64,000 nt of DNA from an uncultured Chloroflexia bacterium. Lineage in GTDB: Bacteria > Chloroflexota > Limnocylindria > Limnocylindrales > CSP1-4. How positions within the stretch are numbered: the stretch's first letter is position 1; every line of letters starts with the position of its first letter. The stretch spans positions 1-64,000 of the forward strand of contig CAVXPZ010000004.1 in the NCBI GenBank assembly GCA_963763775.1, given 5' to 3'. The notes beneath the pieces were generated by a model. It saw nothing but the letters and a program-made list of their open reading frames with translations, made no database searches and had not been told where the DNA came from. Below, piece by piece: positions 42,152 through 52,857 of this stretch. The translations under genes and the position numbers were made by a program.

Positions 42152-42619
42152 TCAGTCCTCGGGCGCGAGCACCCAGCGGTCGACGTCGCGCTCGTACGCG
42201 AGCAGCTCCTCCGGCCGGAACCAGAGTCCCAGCTCCGTGGCCGACGCCTCCGGGCCATCGGAGGCGTGGACGATGTTCTGGGCCGTCTCGAGCGCGAAGT
42301 CCCCGCGGATCGTGCCCGGAGCGGCTTCGTGCGGGCGCGTCGCGCCGTTGATCGCGCGAACGACGGCGATCGCGTTGGGGCCCTCGAGTGCCGCGGCGAC
42401 GAGCGGCGCCGACGTGATGAAGTCCACGAGGCCGGCGAAGAACGGCTTCTCGCGATGGGCCGCGTAATGCGCCTCGGCGATGGCCCGATCGACGTGGACC
42501 AGCTTGAGGCCGATGAGCTTGAGGCCTCGCTCCTCATACCGCGCGAGGATGCGCCCGACGAGCTGGCGCTGGACGCCATCGGGCTTGACGAGGACGAGGG
42601 TCCGTTCAGTGGTCGACAT
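42152..42619 (-). CDS. ndk: nucleoside diphosphate kinase
   Basis: ERTLVLVKPDGV, PGTIRGDF, NIVHASD. Confidence 0.98.
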   Translation of the reverse strand: MSTTERTLVLVKPDGVQRQLVGRILARYEERGLKLIGLKLVHVDRAIAEAHYAAHREKPFFAGLVDFITSAPLVAAALEGPNAIAVVRAINGATRPHEAAPGTIRGDFALETAQNIVHASDGPEASATELGLWFRPEELLAYERDVDRWVLAPED

Positions 42620-42706
42620 GGCTTCCTTGGGTGGGGAGGCTGGTTGGATGCGACGCATCGTATCGGATGCTTGCGTGGGGGCGGGCGCCGGCGATGGCGC
42701 CGGAGG

Positions 42707-43810
42707 TCATGGTTCGCCGGCGAACGGGTCGGAGTCGTCGTCCGGCTCGTCGAGCGGCGGGGCGATGGGTTCGTCGAACCTCGCGTCGTCGACCGGCTGG
42801 ATCGCGACCGTGGTCCCGGCCGCCGTCATCGCCGAGGCGTAGGCGCGGCGGGCGTCCGTCTCGCGTCCGACGGCGCGATAGGCATCGCCCCGGACCATCT
42901 GCAACCCGGCGTCCGGGATGTCGCCGATGACGTCGAGGATGGCCGGCGCGATCGCGGGCGCGACCCGTACGGCGAGACCGAGGTGGAGCGCCGCACTGGC
43001 ATAGTCGCCGACGGCGAGGGCCGCCTCGCCGGCGTCCAGGATCGCCGCAGGGTCGAGGCCGGTGGGCGGACTCGGGTCCACCGGCGTGGCCGCGAGGCCG
43101 GTCGTGACGACCTCGGTCGGCGTCGGGTCCTCCGCCGGGATGTCCCAGAACCCCGGCTCCGCGTCCGGCGTGGCGAACGCCGCGCCGGCCGCCGCACCGA
43201 CGCCGTGTGCCGCCGACGACCGCCCATCGGCCGCTGGACCGGTCGTCTCGCTGGCCCGGGCGTCGTCGGCCGCATCCGCCGCGGCGACCGCGGCCGCGGT
43301 CGTGGTCGCGGCGGCGATCTCGGCCGCGGTCGTGGTCGAGACCCGGTCCGGCGGGAACAACGTCGTCGGCGACGGCACGGGCTCCGCGGGGTCCGCCGGC
43401 CAGACGCCCGAACGGGGCATGCCCGCGAAGATCGGGTCGATCGGTCCGTCGAGGGCTGCCTGGGCCTGCCCGGCGAGACGTCTCGCCTCGCTCGGCCGGC
43501 CGAGCGCGGAGGCCGCCTCGGCGGCCACCACGAGCGCGATGACCGAGGCGTCCCCGCCGGCCAGCGCCTCGCGCGCCGCGTCCCCGGCGCTGATGAGGTC
43601 GCCGGTCCGCCAGCGGACCTCGGCGAGGTCGATGCGGCCCGTGCGGTCGAGGCCGCCGCGCGCGCCGATGGTCTCGAGCTCGGCGCGGGCGAGCGCGAGA
43701 GAGCCGAGACGGAGGTGGAGCCCGGCGAGCACGAGGTCGGCGTCCCGCGTCTCCGTCGGCGGCGCGTCGGACCCGGGCGCCACGACGGGCGCGACCTCGG
43801 GCGTGGTCAT
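42707..43810 (-). CDS. hypothetical protein with TPR-like helical repeats flanking a low-complexity linker
   Basis: LARAELE, LAEVRWRTGD, GDAYRAVGRETDARRAY. Confidence 0.65.
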   Translation of the reverse strand: MTTPEVAPVVAPGSDAPPTETRDADLVLAGLHLRLGSLALARAELETIGARGGLDRTGRIDLAEVRWRTGDLISAGDAAREALAGGDASVIALVVAAEAASALGRPSEARRLAGQAQAALDGPIDPIFAGMPRSGVWPADPAEPVPSPTTLFPPDRVSTTTAAEIAAATTTAAAVAAADAADDARASETTGPAADGRSSAAHGVGAAAGAAFATPDAEPGFWDIPAEDPTPTEVVTTGLAATPVDPSPPTGLDPAAILDAGEAALAVGDYASAALHLGLAVRVAPAIAPAILDVIGDIPDAGLQMVRGDAYRAVGRETDARRAYASAMTAAGTTVAIQPVDDARFDEPIAPPLDEPDDDSDPFAGEP

Positions 43811-43814
43811 CGGG

Positions 43815-45083
43815 TCACGCCGGGATCCGGAGACGCGGCTCGAGGCCGCGAAGGTACCGGGCGGGCGCCACGGCCGCCAGCCGCAGGCCGTCGTCGTGGA
43901 ACAGCCGGGCGGCGAGCTTCTGGACCGCCTCGGCGTCGACCGCCTCCACGGCCTCGAGCGCCTCCTCGAGGGTCAACACGCGATCGTGGAGGGCCTCCTG
44001 GCCACCCACCCATGAGGCGACGTGGCGCGTGTCGTCCATCCGCAGCTCGAGGCCGCCGGCGAGGTAGCGCTTCGCCTTCTCGAGCTCCTCGGCGGGCACG
44101 AGCTCGTCGCGCAGGCGGGCCAGCTCGGCCAGGATCGCCTCGAGGGCCTCATGCAGGCCCGCCGGGTCGACACCCGCGGAGATCTCGAGCGCCCCCGCAT
44201 CCGCGTAGTCGACGAGTCCCGATGAGACGTCGTAGGCGAGGCCGCGCTCCTCGCGCACGGACAGGAAGAGTCGGCTGCTCATGCCATCGCCGAGCACCGC
44301 ATTGAGCACCGACAGCGTCCAGCTGTCCGGATGATCGCGGTGCAGCGCGGGGACGCCGATCGAGAGCTGCGCCTGGGACGTCTGGCGCTTGCCGACCGCG
44401 ACGCGGGGACCCGCAGGGAGCACCGGCGCCGGCGCGAACCCGGGCACGATCCCGTTGCCGGTCCCGAACGCCGTCGCGACCAGGTCGACCGCCTCCGTGT
44501 GGTCGATGTCGCCGGCCACCGCGACGACGATGTTCGCCGGGCGATAGGCCGTCCGCCAGAAGGCCCGGATCGTCTCCGCCGGGAGCGCCCGGATCCCGGC
44601 CTCGTCGCCGCAGATCTCGCGGCCGAGCGGACCGTCGCCGAACATCGCCCCCTGGAACAGGATCTGGCAGTACTCGGCGGGGTCGTCCAGGTAGGAGCGG
44701 ATCTCCTCGACGATGACGGCCCGTTCGCCGTCGATCTCGTGGTCCGCGAGGGTCGGGCGGACGATCAGCTCGCCGAGCACGTCGACGGCGCGCGAGGACT
44801 CGCGCCGGGGCACGCGGACCCAGTACACCGTGGATTCGCGGTCGGTGGCCGCGTTGAACGAGCCCCCGACGCCTTCGATCGCCTCGCTGATGGAGCGGGT
44901 CGACGGATAGGCCGCGGTCCCCTTGAAGGTGATGTGCTCCATGAAGTGCGCGACGCCCGCCTGCGCCTCGGTCTCGAGGCGCGATCCGGCCAGGACATAC
45001 GCTGCGATGGAGATCGATCGCGCCGCAGGCACCCGGGCGCTGATGACGCGCGGCCCCGAGGCCAGCACGGTCCGTTCGAACAT
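43815..45083 (-). CDS. M16 (pitrilysin) family zinc peptidase
   Basis: HFMEH inverted zinc motif, FNAAT, LGDGMSSRLF.VRE.RGLAY. Confidence 0.93.
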   Translation of the reverse strand: MFERTVLASGPRVISARVPAARSISIAAYVLAGSRLETEAQAGVAHFMEHITFKGTAAYPSTRSISEAIEGVGGSFNAATDRESTVYWVRVPRRESSRAVDVLGELIVRPTLADHEIDGERAVIVEEIRSYLDDPAEYCQILFQGAMFGDGPLGREICGDEAGIRALPAETIRAFWRTAYRPANIVVAVAGDIDHTEAVDLVATAFGTGNGIVPGFAPAPVLPAGPRVAVGKRQTSQAQLSIGVPALHRDHPDSWTLSVLNAVLGDGMSSRLFLSVREERGLAYDVSSGLVDYADAGALEISAGVDPAGLHEALEAILAELARLRDELVPAEELEKAKRYLAGGLELRMDDTRHVASWVGGQEALHDRVLTLEEALEAVEAVDAEAVQKLAARLFHDDGLRLAAVAPARYLRGLEPRLRIPA

Positions 45084-45239
45084 CGCCCCGATGGTACAGG
45101 AACCCGACCGCGACCCAGCCGCAACGCGCCGTGGCGCTTCGGGCGGGAGGGCCGACCGCTATCCTGACGCGGTGCCCGTCGACGCCCACCGCCCGAGCCG
45201 GTGCGGCGCGATCCCGGAGGTGAGGAGGAGACATCGGTG

Positions 45240-46514
45240 ATGCGGCGACGCCTCTCGTGGTCCGCGGTCCTGCTGACCGCGATCGTGCTGGTGGGGGCCT
45301 GTAATTCGGCCGGGGGGAGCAGCGCCCCATCGGGCGCGGCGGCATCCGGCGGCGCGTCGGCGGCGTGCGCCGGCACCGGCACCCAGGGGGGCTCCGCGGA
45401 CCTCCAGATCCCGGACATCGAGCAGGGCAAGCTCAACGTCGCGATGGTCCTCATCGGACCGCATGACGACGGCGGCTGGAGCCAGGCCCACTACGAGGGG
45501 CTCCAGTACCTGTGCGAGCACGTGCCGGACAGCCACGTGGCGTACGTCGAGCTCGTGCCCGAAGGCGCGACGTCCGAGCAGGTCTTCCGCAGCCTTGCGC
45601 GCAAGGGCTTCGACTTCATCATCGGGACCTCGTTCGGCTACATGGACTACATGGCGACCGTCGCCGAGGAGTTCCCGAACCAGACGTTCCTCCACCTGAC
45701 CGGCTACAAGTCCAACGGCAAGAACTTCGGCAACTTCTTCGGGTCGGTCGAGGACATGAAGTACCTCGCCGGCATGCTCGCGGGCTCGCGCGCCAAGGCC
45801 GACGGGAACCCGAAGCTCGGCTACATGGCCACGTTCCCGATCCCCGAGGAACTCCGCCTCGGCAACGCGATCATGCGCGGCGCCAAGGTGACGTGCCCCG
45901 AGTGCACGATGGACGTGCGCTTCATCAACACGTGGCACGACCCGATCAAGGAACGCGACGCCGCCGCCTCGCTCTTCGATGCCGGCGCCCAGGTCGTCTT
46001 CACCGGGGCCGACACGCCCGCGGTCGCCGATGTCGCCAAGGAGAAGGGCAAGTGGGCGGTCACCTACGACCATCCCGGCTCGTGCAAGAACGACGCGTGC
46101 CTGACCGCGCCGTACTGGATCTGGGGACCCGAGTACACGCGGATCGCCGAGCAGGTGAAGGCGAAGTCGTACAAGGCCGGCTACGAATACTTCGACGCGG
46201 ACTCGAAGGCGATGGGCCTCTATGGCTTCATGGATGGCCAGAGCCCGCAGCCCGGCGTCGCGAGCCTGCCGGCCGCAGACGTCCAGAAGGTCAAGGACAC
46301 CCTGGCCAAGATGCTGGCCGGGACGTTCACCCGCTTCGACGTCTTCGCCGGGCCGATCAAGGACAACACCGGCAAGGAGCTCCTGCCGGCAGGCTCCAAG
46401 CTCGAGCAGTCGGACCTCGACCAGTTCCCGCCCGGGGCGCCCGGCTCGGAATGCAAGACGTGCATGTACTGGTGGAACGACGGCATCACGAGCGAGCTGC
46501 CGCCGCTGTCGTAG
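45240..46514 (+). CDS. BMP family ABC transporter substrate-binding lipoprotein
   Basis: Lipobox VGAC, DDGGWSQAH, GTSFGY, YLAGMLAG, TWHDP. Confidence 0.92.
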   Translation: MRRRLSWSAVLLTAIVLVGACNSAGGSSAPSGAAASGGASAACAGTGTQGGSADLQIPDIEQGKLNVAMVLIGPHDDGGWSQAHYEGLQYLCEHVPDSHVAYVELVPEGATSEQVFRSLARKGFDFIIGTSFGYMDYMATVAEEFPNQTFLHLTGYKSNGKNFGNFFGSVEDMKYLAGMLAGSRAKADGNPKLGYMATFPIPEELRLGNAIMRGAKVTCPECTMDVRFINTWHDPIKERDAAASLFDAGAQVVFTGADTPAVADVAKEKGKWAVTYDHPGSCKNDACLTAPYWIWGPEYTRIAEQVKAKSYKAGYEYFDADSKAMGLYGFMDGQSPQPGVASLPAADVQKVKDTLAKMLAGTFTRFDVFAGPIKDNTGKELLPAGSKLEQSDLDQFPPGAPGSECKTCMYWWNDGITSELPPLS

Positions 46515-46521
46515 ACCGCGT

Positions 46522-46553
46522 GCCAGGCGGCGAGCTCCGGCTCGCCGCCTGGC
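46522..46553 (+). repeat. perfect 14-bp intercistronic hairpin after the binding-protein gene
   Basis: GCCAGGCGGCGAGC-TCCG-GCTCGCCGCCTGGC. Confidence 0.8.
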
Positions 46554-46590
46554 CGCTCCCACGGTCCGGGGTCGTGCGAAGGGACCCGAT

Positions 46591-48110
46591 ATGACCGCCT
46601 CCCCCACCCCGGCTGCCATCGAGGCGGTCGGGATCGTCAAGTCGTTCCCCGGCGTGCTCGCCAACGACCACGTCGACTTCGACGTCCGCCGCGGCGAGGT
46701 CCACGCGCTCCTCGGCGAGAACGGCGCGGGCAAGAGCACGCTGATGAACATCCTCGCCGGCCTCTACCGGCCGGACGAGGGCCAGCTCCGCCTCGACGGC
46801 GAGGCCGTCACGTTCCGCTCGCCGCGCGACGCCATCGCCCACGGCGTCGGGATGGTCCACCAGCACTTCGCGCTCGTGCCGTCGCAGACGGTCGCCGAGA
46901 ACGTGCTCCTCGGCCTCGACACCCCGCGCTTCCGGCTCGACCTGCGCAAGACGGAGGCGGCCGTCGAGGCGATCGCGGCCGAGGTCGGCCTGCATGTCGA
47001 CCCGCGCGCCCATGTGTGGCAGCTCTCCGTCGGGGAACAGCAGCGGGTCGAGATCCTCAAGATGCTGTATCGCGGCGCCCGGATCCTGATCATGGACGAG
47101 CCCACGGCCGTGCTCGCGCCGCAGGAGGCGGAGGAGCTCTTCGTCACCCTCCGGGCGATGACCGCAGCGGGACGGAGCGTCGTCTTCATCAGCCACAAGC
47201 TCGGCGAGGTCCTGGCGATCTCCGATCGGATCACGGTCATGCGAGCGGGCAAGGTGACCGCCTCGAGCGTCGACCCGACGGGCGCCACTCGCGCCGACCT
47301 CGCGCGGCTCATGGTCGGTCGATCGGTGCTCGAGGTGCTCGACCGAGCGCCAGTGGACCGCGGCCGGGTCGTGCTGTCGGTGCGCGGGGTGTCTGCGGAG
47401 AACGACCGTGGGCTTCCGGCCCTGCGCGACGTCTCGCTCGACGTGCATGCCGGGGAGATCGTCGGCATCGCGGCGGTCGCGGGCAACGGCCAGGCCGAGC
47501 TGGCCGAGGCGATCACCGGCCTGCGGGCGTGCACGGGTCGCATCGAGATCGACGGGAAGGACGTCGCGAACCGACCTGCGCGCGAGGCGATCGGCGCAGG
47601 CGTCGGCCACGTGCCCGAGGACCGGGCCGGGGTCGGAAGCGCCCCGAGCCTGTCCATCGTCGACAACCTGATCATGAAGCGCTACAAGGACGAGCCGGTC
47701 TCGAGCGGCTGGTTCATGGACGACACCGCGGCCCGCTCGATGGCCACGCGGCTGACGGCCGCGTATGCCGTGTCGGCGCCGTCGATCGACACGCCGGTGC
47801 GGATCCTGTCCGGGGGGAATCTCCAGCGCGTGATCCTCGCCAGGGAGATCGATGCGGCCCCAGCCCTCCTGGTCGCGGTCCAGCCCACCCGCGGTCTCGA
47901 TGTCGGCGCGATCGAGGGCATCCACCAGACCTTGCTCGAGCTCCGCGCCGGCGGGACGGCGATCCTCCTGATCTCCGAGGAGCTCGAGGAGCTGCTGACC
48001 CTCGCGGACCGGATCGCCGTGATGTACGAAGGCCGGATCACCGCGTCGTCGAGCCGTCCACGGCCGACATCCATGAGATCGGCCTGTTCATGACGGGCGG
48101 CGTCGCGTGA
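46591..48110 (+). CDS. ABC transporter ATP-binding protein (CUT2 type; frameshift near 48045)
   Basis: GENGAGKSTL, LSVGEQQRVE, DEPT, LSGGNLQ, QPTRGLDVG. Confidence 0.93.
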
Positions 48111-49204
48111 TGCTCCGCCTGGAGCCACGCGCCGAGATCCCGCGCTGGATGACGCCCGTCCTGACCATCCTCGCGGTCGTGGTCGCCCTGGCCATCGGCG
48201 CCGTGATCCTGTGGTTCGTCGGCGGGGACCCGGTCCGAGCCTACCTGCACATCCTGGATGCCGCGTTCGGGAGCGTCGGGGTCATCAGCGACACGCTGGT
48301 CGCCGCCACGCCCCTGATCTTCACCGGGTTGGCCTGCTCGATCGCGTTCCGGATGCGTCTCTGGAACATCGGGGCCGAGGGACAATTCCTCCTCGGGGCG
48401 TGGGGCGCCAGCGCGGTCCTGCTGGTCCCGATCCTGCCGGCGGGCACGCCGGCGATCGTGGTGGTCCCGGTGATGATGGTCGCGGGTGCCACGGCCGGAG
48501 CCTTGTGGGGTCTGATCCCGGGCGTGCTCAAGGCCAAGCTCGCGGTCAACGAGATCATCACGACCCTGATGCTCGACTACATCGCCCTCGCGTGGGTCCA
48601 GTTCTGGGTCTTCGGGCCGTGGAGCGAGGGCGGATTCCAGCAGACCGCCCAGTTCCCACGCGAAGCGTGGTTGCCTCGTCTCACCGACTTCGCCAAGGAC
48701 ATCCCCGGCCTTGGCGGCCTCACGGTCCACCTTGGCTTCATCTTCGCGCTCGTCGCGACGGCGGTCGTGTGGCTCGTCGTCTCGCGGACGCGCTGGGGAT
48801 ACGAGCTTCGTCTCATCGGCGACAACCCGCGAGCAGCTCGCTACGCGGGCATCGACATCGGTCGCAAGGTCATCGTGGTCTTCGCCATCTCTGGAGCGCT
48901 CGCGGGCCTGGGCGGGATGAGCGAGGTCGGCGGCGTGCTCCATCGGCTCCAGGACCAGATCTCGCCGGGATACGGGTTCACCGCGATCATCATCGCGTAC
49001 CTCGCCCGCTTCGGGCCTTGGCGGGTCGTCGTCGCCTCGATCCTGTTCGGCGCGCTGATCCTGGCGGGCCGGGAGATCCAGCCGAGCGGCGTCCCGGCGA
49101 TGATCCAGGGGATCATCCTGTTCTGCCTGATCGGCAGCGACGTCCTCGTCCGCTACCGGATCAGGATCGGTGGAACGACGCCCACGACGACGGCGACGGC
49201 CTGA
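48107..49204 (+). CDS. ABC transporter permease
   Basis: WNIGAEGQ, NEIITTLML, GYGFTAI. Confidence 0.92.
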   Translation: MMLRLEPRAEIPRWMTPVLTILAVVVALAIGAVILWFVGGDPVRAYLHILDAAFGSVGVISDTLVAATPLIFTGLACSIAFRMRLWNIGAEGQFLLGAWGASAVLLVPILPAGTPAIVVVPVMMVAGATAGALWGLIPGVLKAKLAVNEIITTLMLDYIALAWVQFWVFGPWSEGGFQQTAQFPREAWLPRLTDFAKDIPGLGGLTVHLGFIFALVATAVVWLVVSRTRWGYELRLIGDNPRAARYAGIDIGRKVIVVFAISGALAGLGGMSEVGGVLHRLQDQISPGYGFTAIIIAYLARFGPWRVVVASILFGALILAGREIQPSGVPAMIQGIILFCLIGSDVLVRYRIRIGGTTPTTTATA

Positions 49205-50172
49205 TGGACCTGACCCTCGTCCTCGCCGCCGGGGTGGCCAATGGGACCATCCTCCTGTTCGCCTCGATCGGCGAGATCTTCGCCGAGCGCTCCGGCATCC
49301 TCAACCTGGGCGTCACCGGGATGATGCTCATGGGGGCCGTCGCGGGCTTCTCGACCACGGTCGCGACCGGCAACCCGTGGATCGGCCTCGTTGTCGCGAT
49401 GCTCGCCGGCGGGGTCCTCAGCCTGCTTCATGGCGTGGTGACGATCCACCTGCGCGCCGATCAGGTCGTGTCCGGCCTCGCGCTGACATTCCTGGGCACG
49501 GGCCTGGCGCGCGTCCTTGGCGATGGCCTCTCGAATGCCGGGGAGATCGTGGCGCTCCCGAGTTTCAGCGTTCCGGTCCTGTCACAGGTCCCGGTGATCG
49601 GACCGATCTTCTTCCGGGACCAGAGCGTACTGACGTACGTCGGGTTCCTGCTCGTGCCGCTGGCTTGGTACTGGATCAACCGCACGCGGCCGGGACTGCA
49701 CCTGCGAGCCGTCGGCGAGCGCCCGTCGGCGGCCGATGCCCAGGGGATCGACGTCTATCGAACGCGATACCTGTACGTCTTCGTCGGCGGACTGCTCGCG
49801 GGCCTGGCAGGCGGCACGATCACGCTCGCGGTGGCCAAGGGCTGGTTCGGCGATCAGACCGTGGGCGCCCTTGGATGGATCGCCGTGGGCCTCGTGATCT
49901 TCGCCCAGTGGAGCCCGCTGCGGGCCGCGTTGGGGGCCTATCTGTTCGGGGCGATCTTCCGGTTCATCCTCGACCTCCAGGGCGTCGAGACGATCTTCGG
50001 GTTCACGAACCCGTTCCAGGCCGGTCGATCGGCGACGTTCTTCCTCGAGATGCTGCCGTACGCGTTCGTGATCATCGTCGTGATCATCGGGTCGCGCGAG
50101 GCGCTGCGCCGGCGCGTGGGCGCTCCAGCGGCGCTCGGGATCCCCTACGTGCGCGGAGAACGCGGCGGCTGA
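49204..50172 (+). CDS. ABC transporter permease
   Basis: ERSGILNLG, DQVVSG, LRAVGE, GWIAV, PAALG.PY. Confidence 0.92.
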   Translation: MDLTLVLAAGVANGTILLFASIGEIFAERSGILNLGVTGMMLMGAVAGFSTTVATGNPWIGLVVAMLAGGVLSLLHGVVTIHLRADQVVSGLALTFLGTGLARVLGDGLSNAGEIVALPSFSVPVLSQVPVIGPIFFRDQSVLTYVGFLLVPLAWYWINRTRPGLHLRAVGERPSAADAQGIDVYRTRYLYVFVGGLLAGLAGGTITLAVAKGWFGDQTVGALGWIAVGLVIFAQWSPLRAALGAYLFGAIFRFILDLQGVETIFGFTNPFQAGRSATFFLEMLPYAFVIIVVIIGSREALRRRVGAPAALGIPYVRGERGG

Positions 50173-50193
50173 GCGGTCGGTCGGCCGGCTCGC

Positions 50194-50628
50194 CTACTCC
50201 TCGTCCTTCGCCTCGAGCCCGGTCAGCTCCATCTGCACGTAGTCGCGCATCTCGAACGCCAGCTGGGTCGGCGCGAACGGCGACAGGTCCTCGGCGCCCG
50301 GCCCGACCGGGGCGAACTCCACGACGACCCGCTCATCGCCCTGGACGAGGGTGTACACGAGCAACTGGTCCGGCCGCGTCTCGAACTCGAGGTGCTCGAA
50401 CGAATCGATGTTCAGGCTGATCGCGAGCGGGGTGAAGTAGGTCGAGCTCTCCTCGGCGTCGACGACGATCCGTTCGACCCAGCCGGTCCCGTGGCTGACG
50501 ACCTCGCGGCCGCGCAGGTAGCGGTACGTGACGGTCTGCTTGAGCAGCGGTCGGAGCAGGTGGAGCATGTCCGTCCGGCTCGACACGACGCCGTCGTTCA
50601 CGAAGAACTTGGCGGGCGGGTTCGTCAC
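50194..50628 (-). CDS. hypothetical beta-rich protein
   Basis: GGGAG RBS with GTG start; strong GC3 codon bias; no recognised family. Confidence 0.7.
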   Translation of the reverse strand: MTNPPAKFFVNDGVVSSRTDMLHLLRPLLKQTVTYRYLRGREVVSHGTGWVERIVVDAEESSTYFTPLAISLNIDSFEHLEFETRPDQLLVYTLVQGDERVVVEFAPVGPGAEDLSPFAPTQLAFEMRDYVQMELTGLEAKDEE

Positions 50629-50713
50629 GGGTCGTCTCCCGGGCACAGCGGATGGACGAGTCGAGCGGATGGTACCGCAGGGAGCCAGCCCTGCGACGCG
50701 TATCATCGCGGGC

Positions 50714-51526
50714 ATGCTGCTCGCCCTCGACATCGGGAATACGAACGTCACGCTGGGCCTGTTCCGGGCCGGAACGCTGGTGGCGACGCGCCGCGCGGCC
50801 ACGGATCCGCGAGCCAGCGCCGACGAGTTCGAGGCGACGCTGGACGCCCTCCTGCGACTCGACGACCTGTCGCTGGCCGACGTCACGGCGATCGTCGCCG
50901 CATCCGTCGTCCCGGCCGTCACGACCGCCGCCGAGACCACCGCGGCGCGCCGCGAACGGCCGATCCTCCTCGCGACCGCGGGCACGGTCCCGATCCCGAT
51001 CCGCGTCGACCGACCGCAGGACGTCGGCGCGGACCGACTCGTGAACGCCCTCGCCGCGCAGCGGCTGTATGGCGCCCCGGCGGTCGTCGTGGACTTCGGC
51101 ACGGCCACGACCTTCGACTGCGTCGCGCCGGACGGCGCCTATGTCGGCGGGGCCATCGCGCCGGGCCTGGAGCTCGGCCTCGACGCGCTCGCCGCGCGGA
51201 CCGCGAAACTGCCGCGCGTCGAGCTGCGCGCGCCGGACCGAGCCATCGGCCGGGACACCGTGTCCGCGATCCAGTCGGGCGCGGTCTTCGGCTACCAGGC
51301 GCTGGCGTCGGGCCTGCTCGCGCGGATCCGTGGCGAGCTCGCCGAAACGAGTGGCGTCACCCCGGCCGACGTCCGCGCCATCCTGACCGGCGGGCTCTCG
51401 GCGGCGCCATGGGCCGCGGAGCTCCCCGGCATCGATGCCATCGACCCGGACCTGACGCTCAAGGGCCTCGCGATGCTCCACGCGGAGGTCGTCGGCGGCC
51501 AGCGCCTCGAGCTCGGGCTGTCGTGA
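50714..51526 (+). CDS. coaX: type III pantothenate kinase
   Basis: LDIGNTN, GADRLVN, VDFGTATT, GGAIAPG, TGG. Confidence 0.96.
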   Translation: MLLALDIGNTNVTLGLFRAGTLVATRRAATDPRASADEFEATLDALLRLDDLSLADVTAIVAASVVPAVTTAAETTAARRERPILLATAGTVPIPIRVDRPQDVGADRLVNALAAQRLYGAPAVVVDFGTATTFDCVAPDGAYVGGAIAPGLELGLDALAARTAKLPRVELRAPDRAIGRDTVSAIQSGAVFGYQALASGLLARIRGELAETSGVTPADVRAILTGGLSAAPWAAELPGIDAIDPDLTLKGLAMLHAEVVGGQRLELGLS

Positions 51527-52857
51527 GCGGTCGCCTCGAGGGCCGGCTCATCGCGCTCGGCGTGACCGGCTCGATCGCGGCCTACAAGGCCCTCGAGCTC
51601 CTGCGCCTTCTGCGCGCCGAGGGCGCGGACGTGGCCGTGATGCTGACGCCGTCGGCGGCGCGGTTCGTCGGGCCGCTCTCGTTCCGGGCCCTGTCCCGCC
51701 ACCCCGTCGAGACGGACCTCCTCGACCTGCTGCCGGACGGCCGGATCGGGCACATCGTCCTCGGCGACACCGCGGATGCGATCGTGGTGGCCCCGGCCAC
51801 CGCGCACTTCCTCGGCGCGATGGCCAACGGCCTGGCGGGGGACGTCGTCACCGCCACGTGCCTCGCGAGCGCCGCGCCGGTCGTGGTCGCGCCGGCGATG
51901 GACGGCGACATGTGGACGCACCCCGCCACCCAGGCGAACGTGCTCCGGCTCCGCGACGGCTTCCGCTACTCGATCGTCGCCCCGGACAGCGGCCCGCTCG
52001 CGTCGGGGCAGTCCGGCGTGGGGCGGCTCGCCGAGCTCCCCGCCATCGTGGATGCCGTGGTCGCGGCCGTGACCGGTCGCTCGGTCCGGGCCCCCGACGC
52101 GGCGGCCCGGCCGCCGCTGGTCGAGGCGGTGCATGAAGAGGACCTGTCGGGCCGGCACATCGTCGTGACGGCCGGGGGCACGCGCGAGGCCATCGACCCG
52201 GTGCGGTTCATCGGCAACCGCTCCACCGGCAGGATGGGCGTGGCCGTCGTTCTCGCCGCGCTCGACCGGGGCGCCCGCGTGACGCTCGTCGCGGCGCATC
52301 TCGAGGTGCCGCTCCCCGAGGACGAGGCGTTGACCGTCGTGCCGGTCAGCTCGACCGCCGATCTGGAGGCGGCGCTGGCACAGGCGACCGGCGGCGCCTT
52401 CGACGCCCTGGTGATGGCGGCCGCGGTCGCGGACTTCCGGCCGGCCGCGGCGACGGACCACAAGCTCGAGCGCGGCGGATCGCTGACGCTCCAGCTCGAA
52501 CCCACGCCCGACCTGCTCGCCGGCATCGCCCGGGCAGTCGCGGACCGCGAGCCGCACCCGGTGCTCGTCGGATTCGCGGCCGAGGCCGGCTCGCTCGATC
52601 GCGCCCCGGACAAGCTGCGGCGCAAGGGCGTCGACCTGCTCGTGGCGAACGACGTGGCGGAGCCGGGCTCCGGGTTCGGGACGGACACGAACCGTGTCGT
52701 CATCCTCGATGCCGACGGGTCGCGCGACGAGCTCCCGATGCTCTCCAAACGCGACGTCGCCGACGCCATCCTGGACCGCGTCGCGCGACGGCTGGACGCC
52801 CGGGACGCGGCCGCGCAGACTTCGACCAGGACCGAACCAGCCCGGGAGCCAGCATGA
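51523..52857 (+). CDS. coaBC: bifunctional phosphopantothenoylcysteine decarboxylase/synthetase
   Basis: GVTGSIAAYK, APAM, TAGGTREAIDPVRFIGNRSTGRMG, AAVADF, VGFAAE. Confidence 0.96.
   Translation: MSGRLEGRLIALGVTGSIAAYKALELLRLLRAEGADVAVMLTPSAARFVGPLSFRALSRHPVETDLLDLLPDGRIGHIVLGDTADAIVVAPATAHFLGAMANGLAGDVVTATCLASAAPVVVAPAMDGDMWTHPATQANVLRLRDGFRYSIVAPDSGPLASGQSGVGRLAELPAIVDAVVAAVTGRSVRAPDAAARPPLVEAVHEEDLSGRHIVVTAGGTREAIDPVRFIGNRSTGRMGVAVVLAALDRGARVTLVAAHLEVPLPEDEALTVVPVSSTADLEAALAQATGGAFDALVMAAAVADFRPAAATDHKLERGGSLTLQLEPTPDLLAGIARAVADREPHPVLVGFAAEAGSLDRAPDKLRRKGVDLLVANDVAEPGSGFGTDTNRVVILDADGSRDELPMLSKRDVADAILDRVARRLDARDAAAQTSTRTEPAREPA

Noticed and set aside
45084-45239. Purine-type riboswitch upstream of the BMP transporter
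   Set aside because: No recognisable aptamer consensus; only a -10 and SD are visible.
51523-52100. CoaC motifs PAMD and LASG instead of PAMN and LACG (no catalytic Cys)
   Set aside because: Cys-less CoaBC variants occur in other phyla, so this is not evidence of inactivation or novelty.
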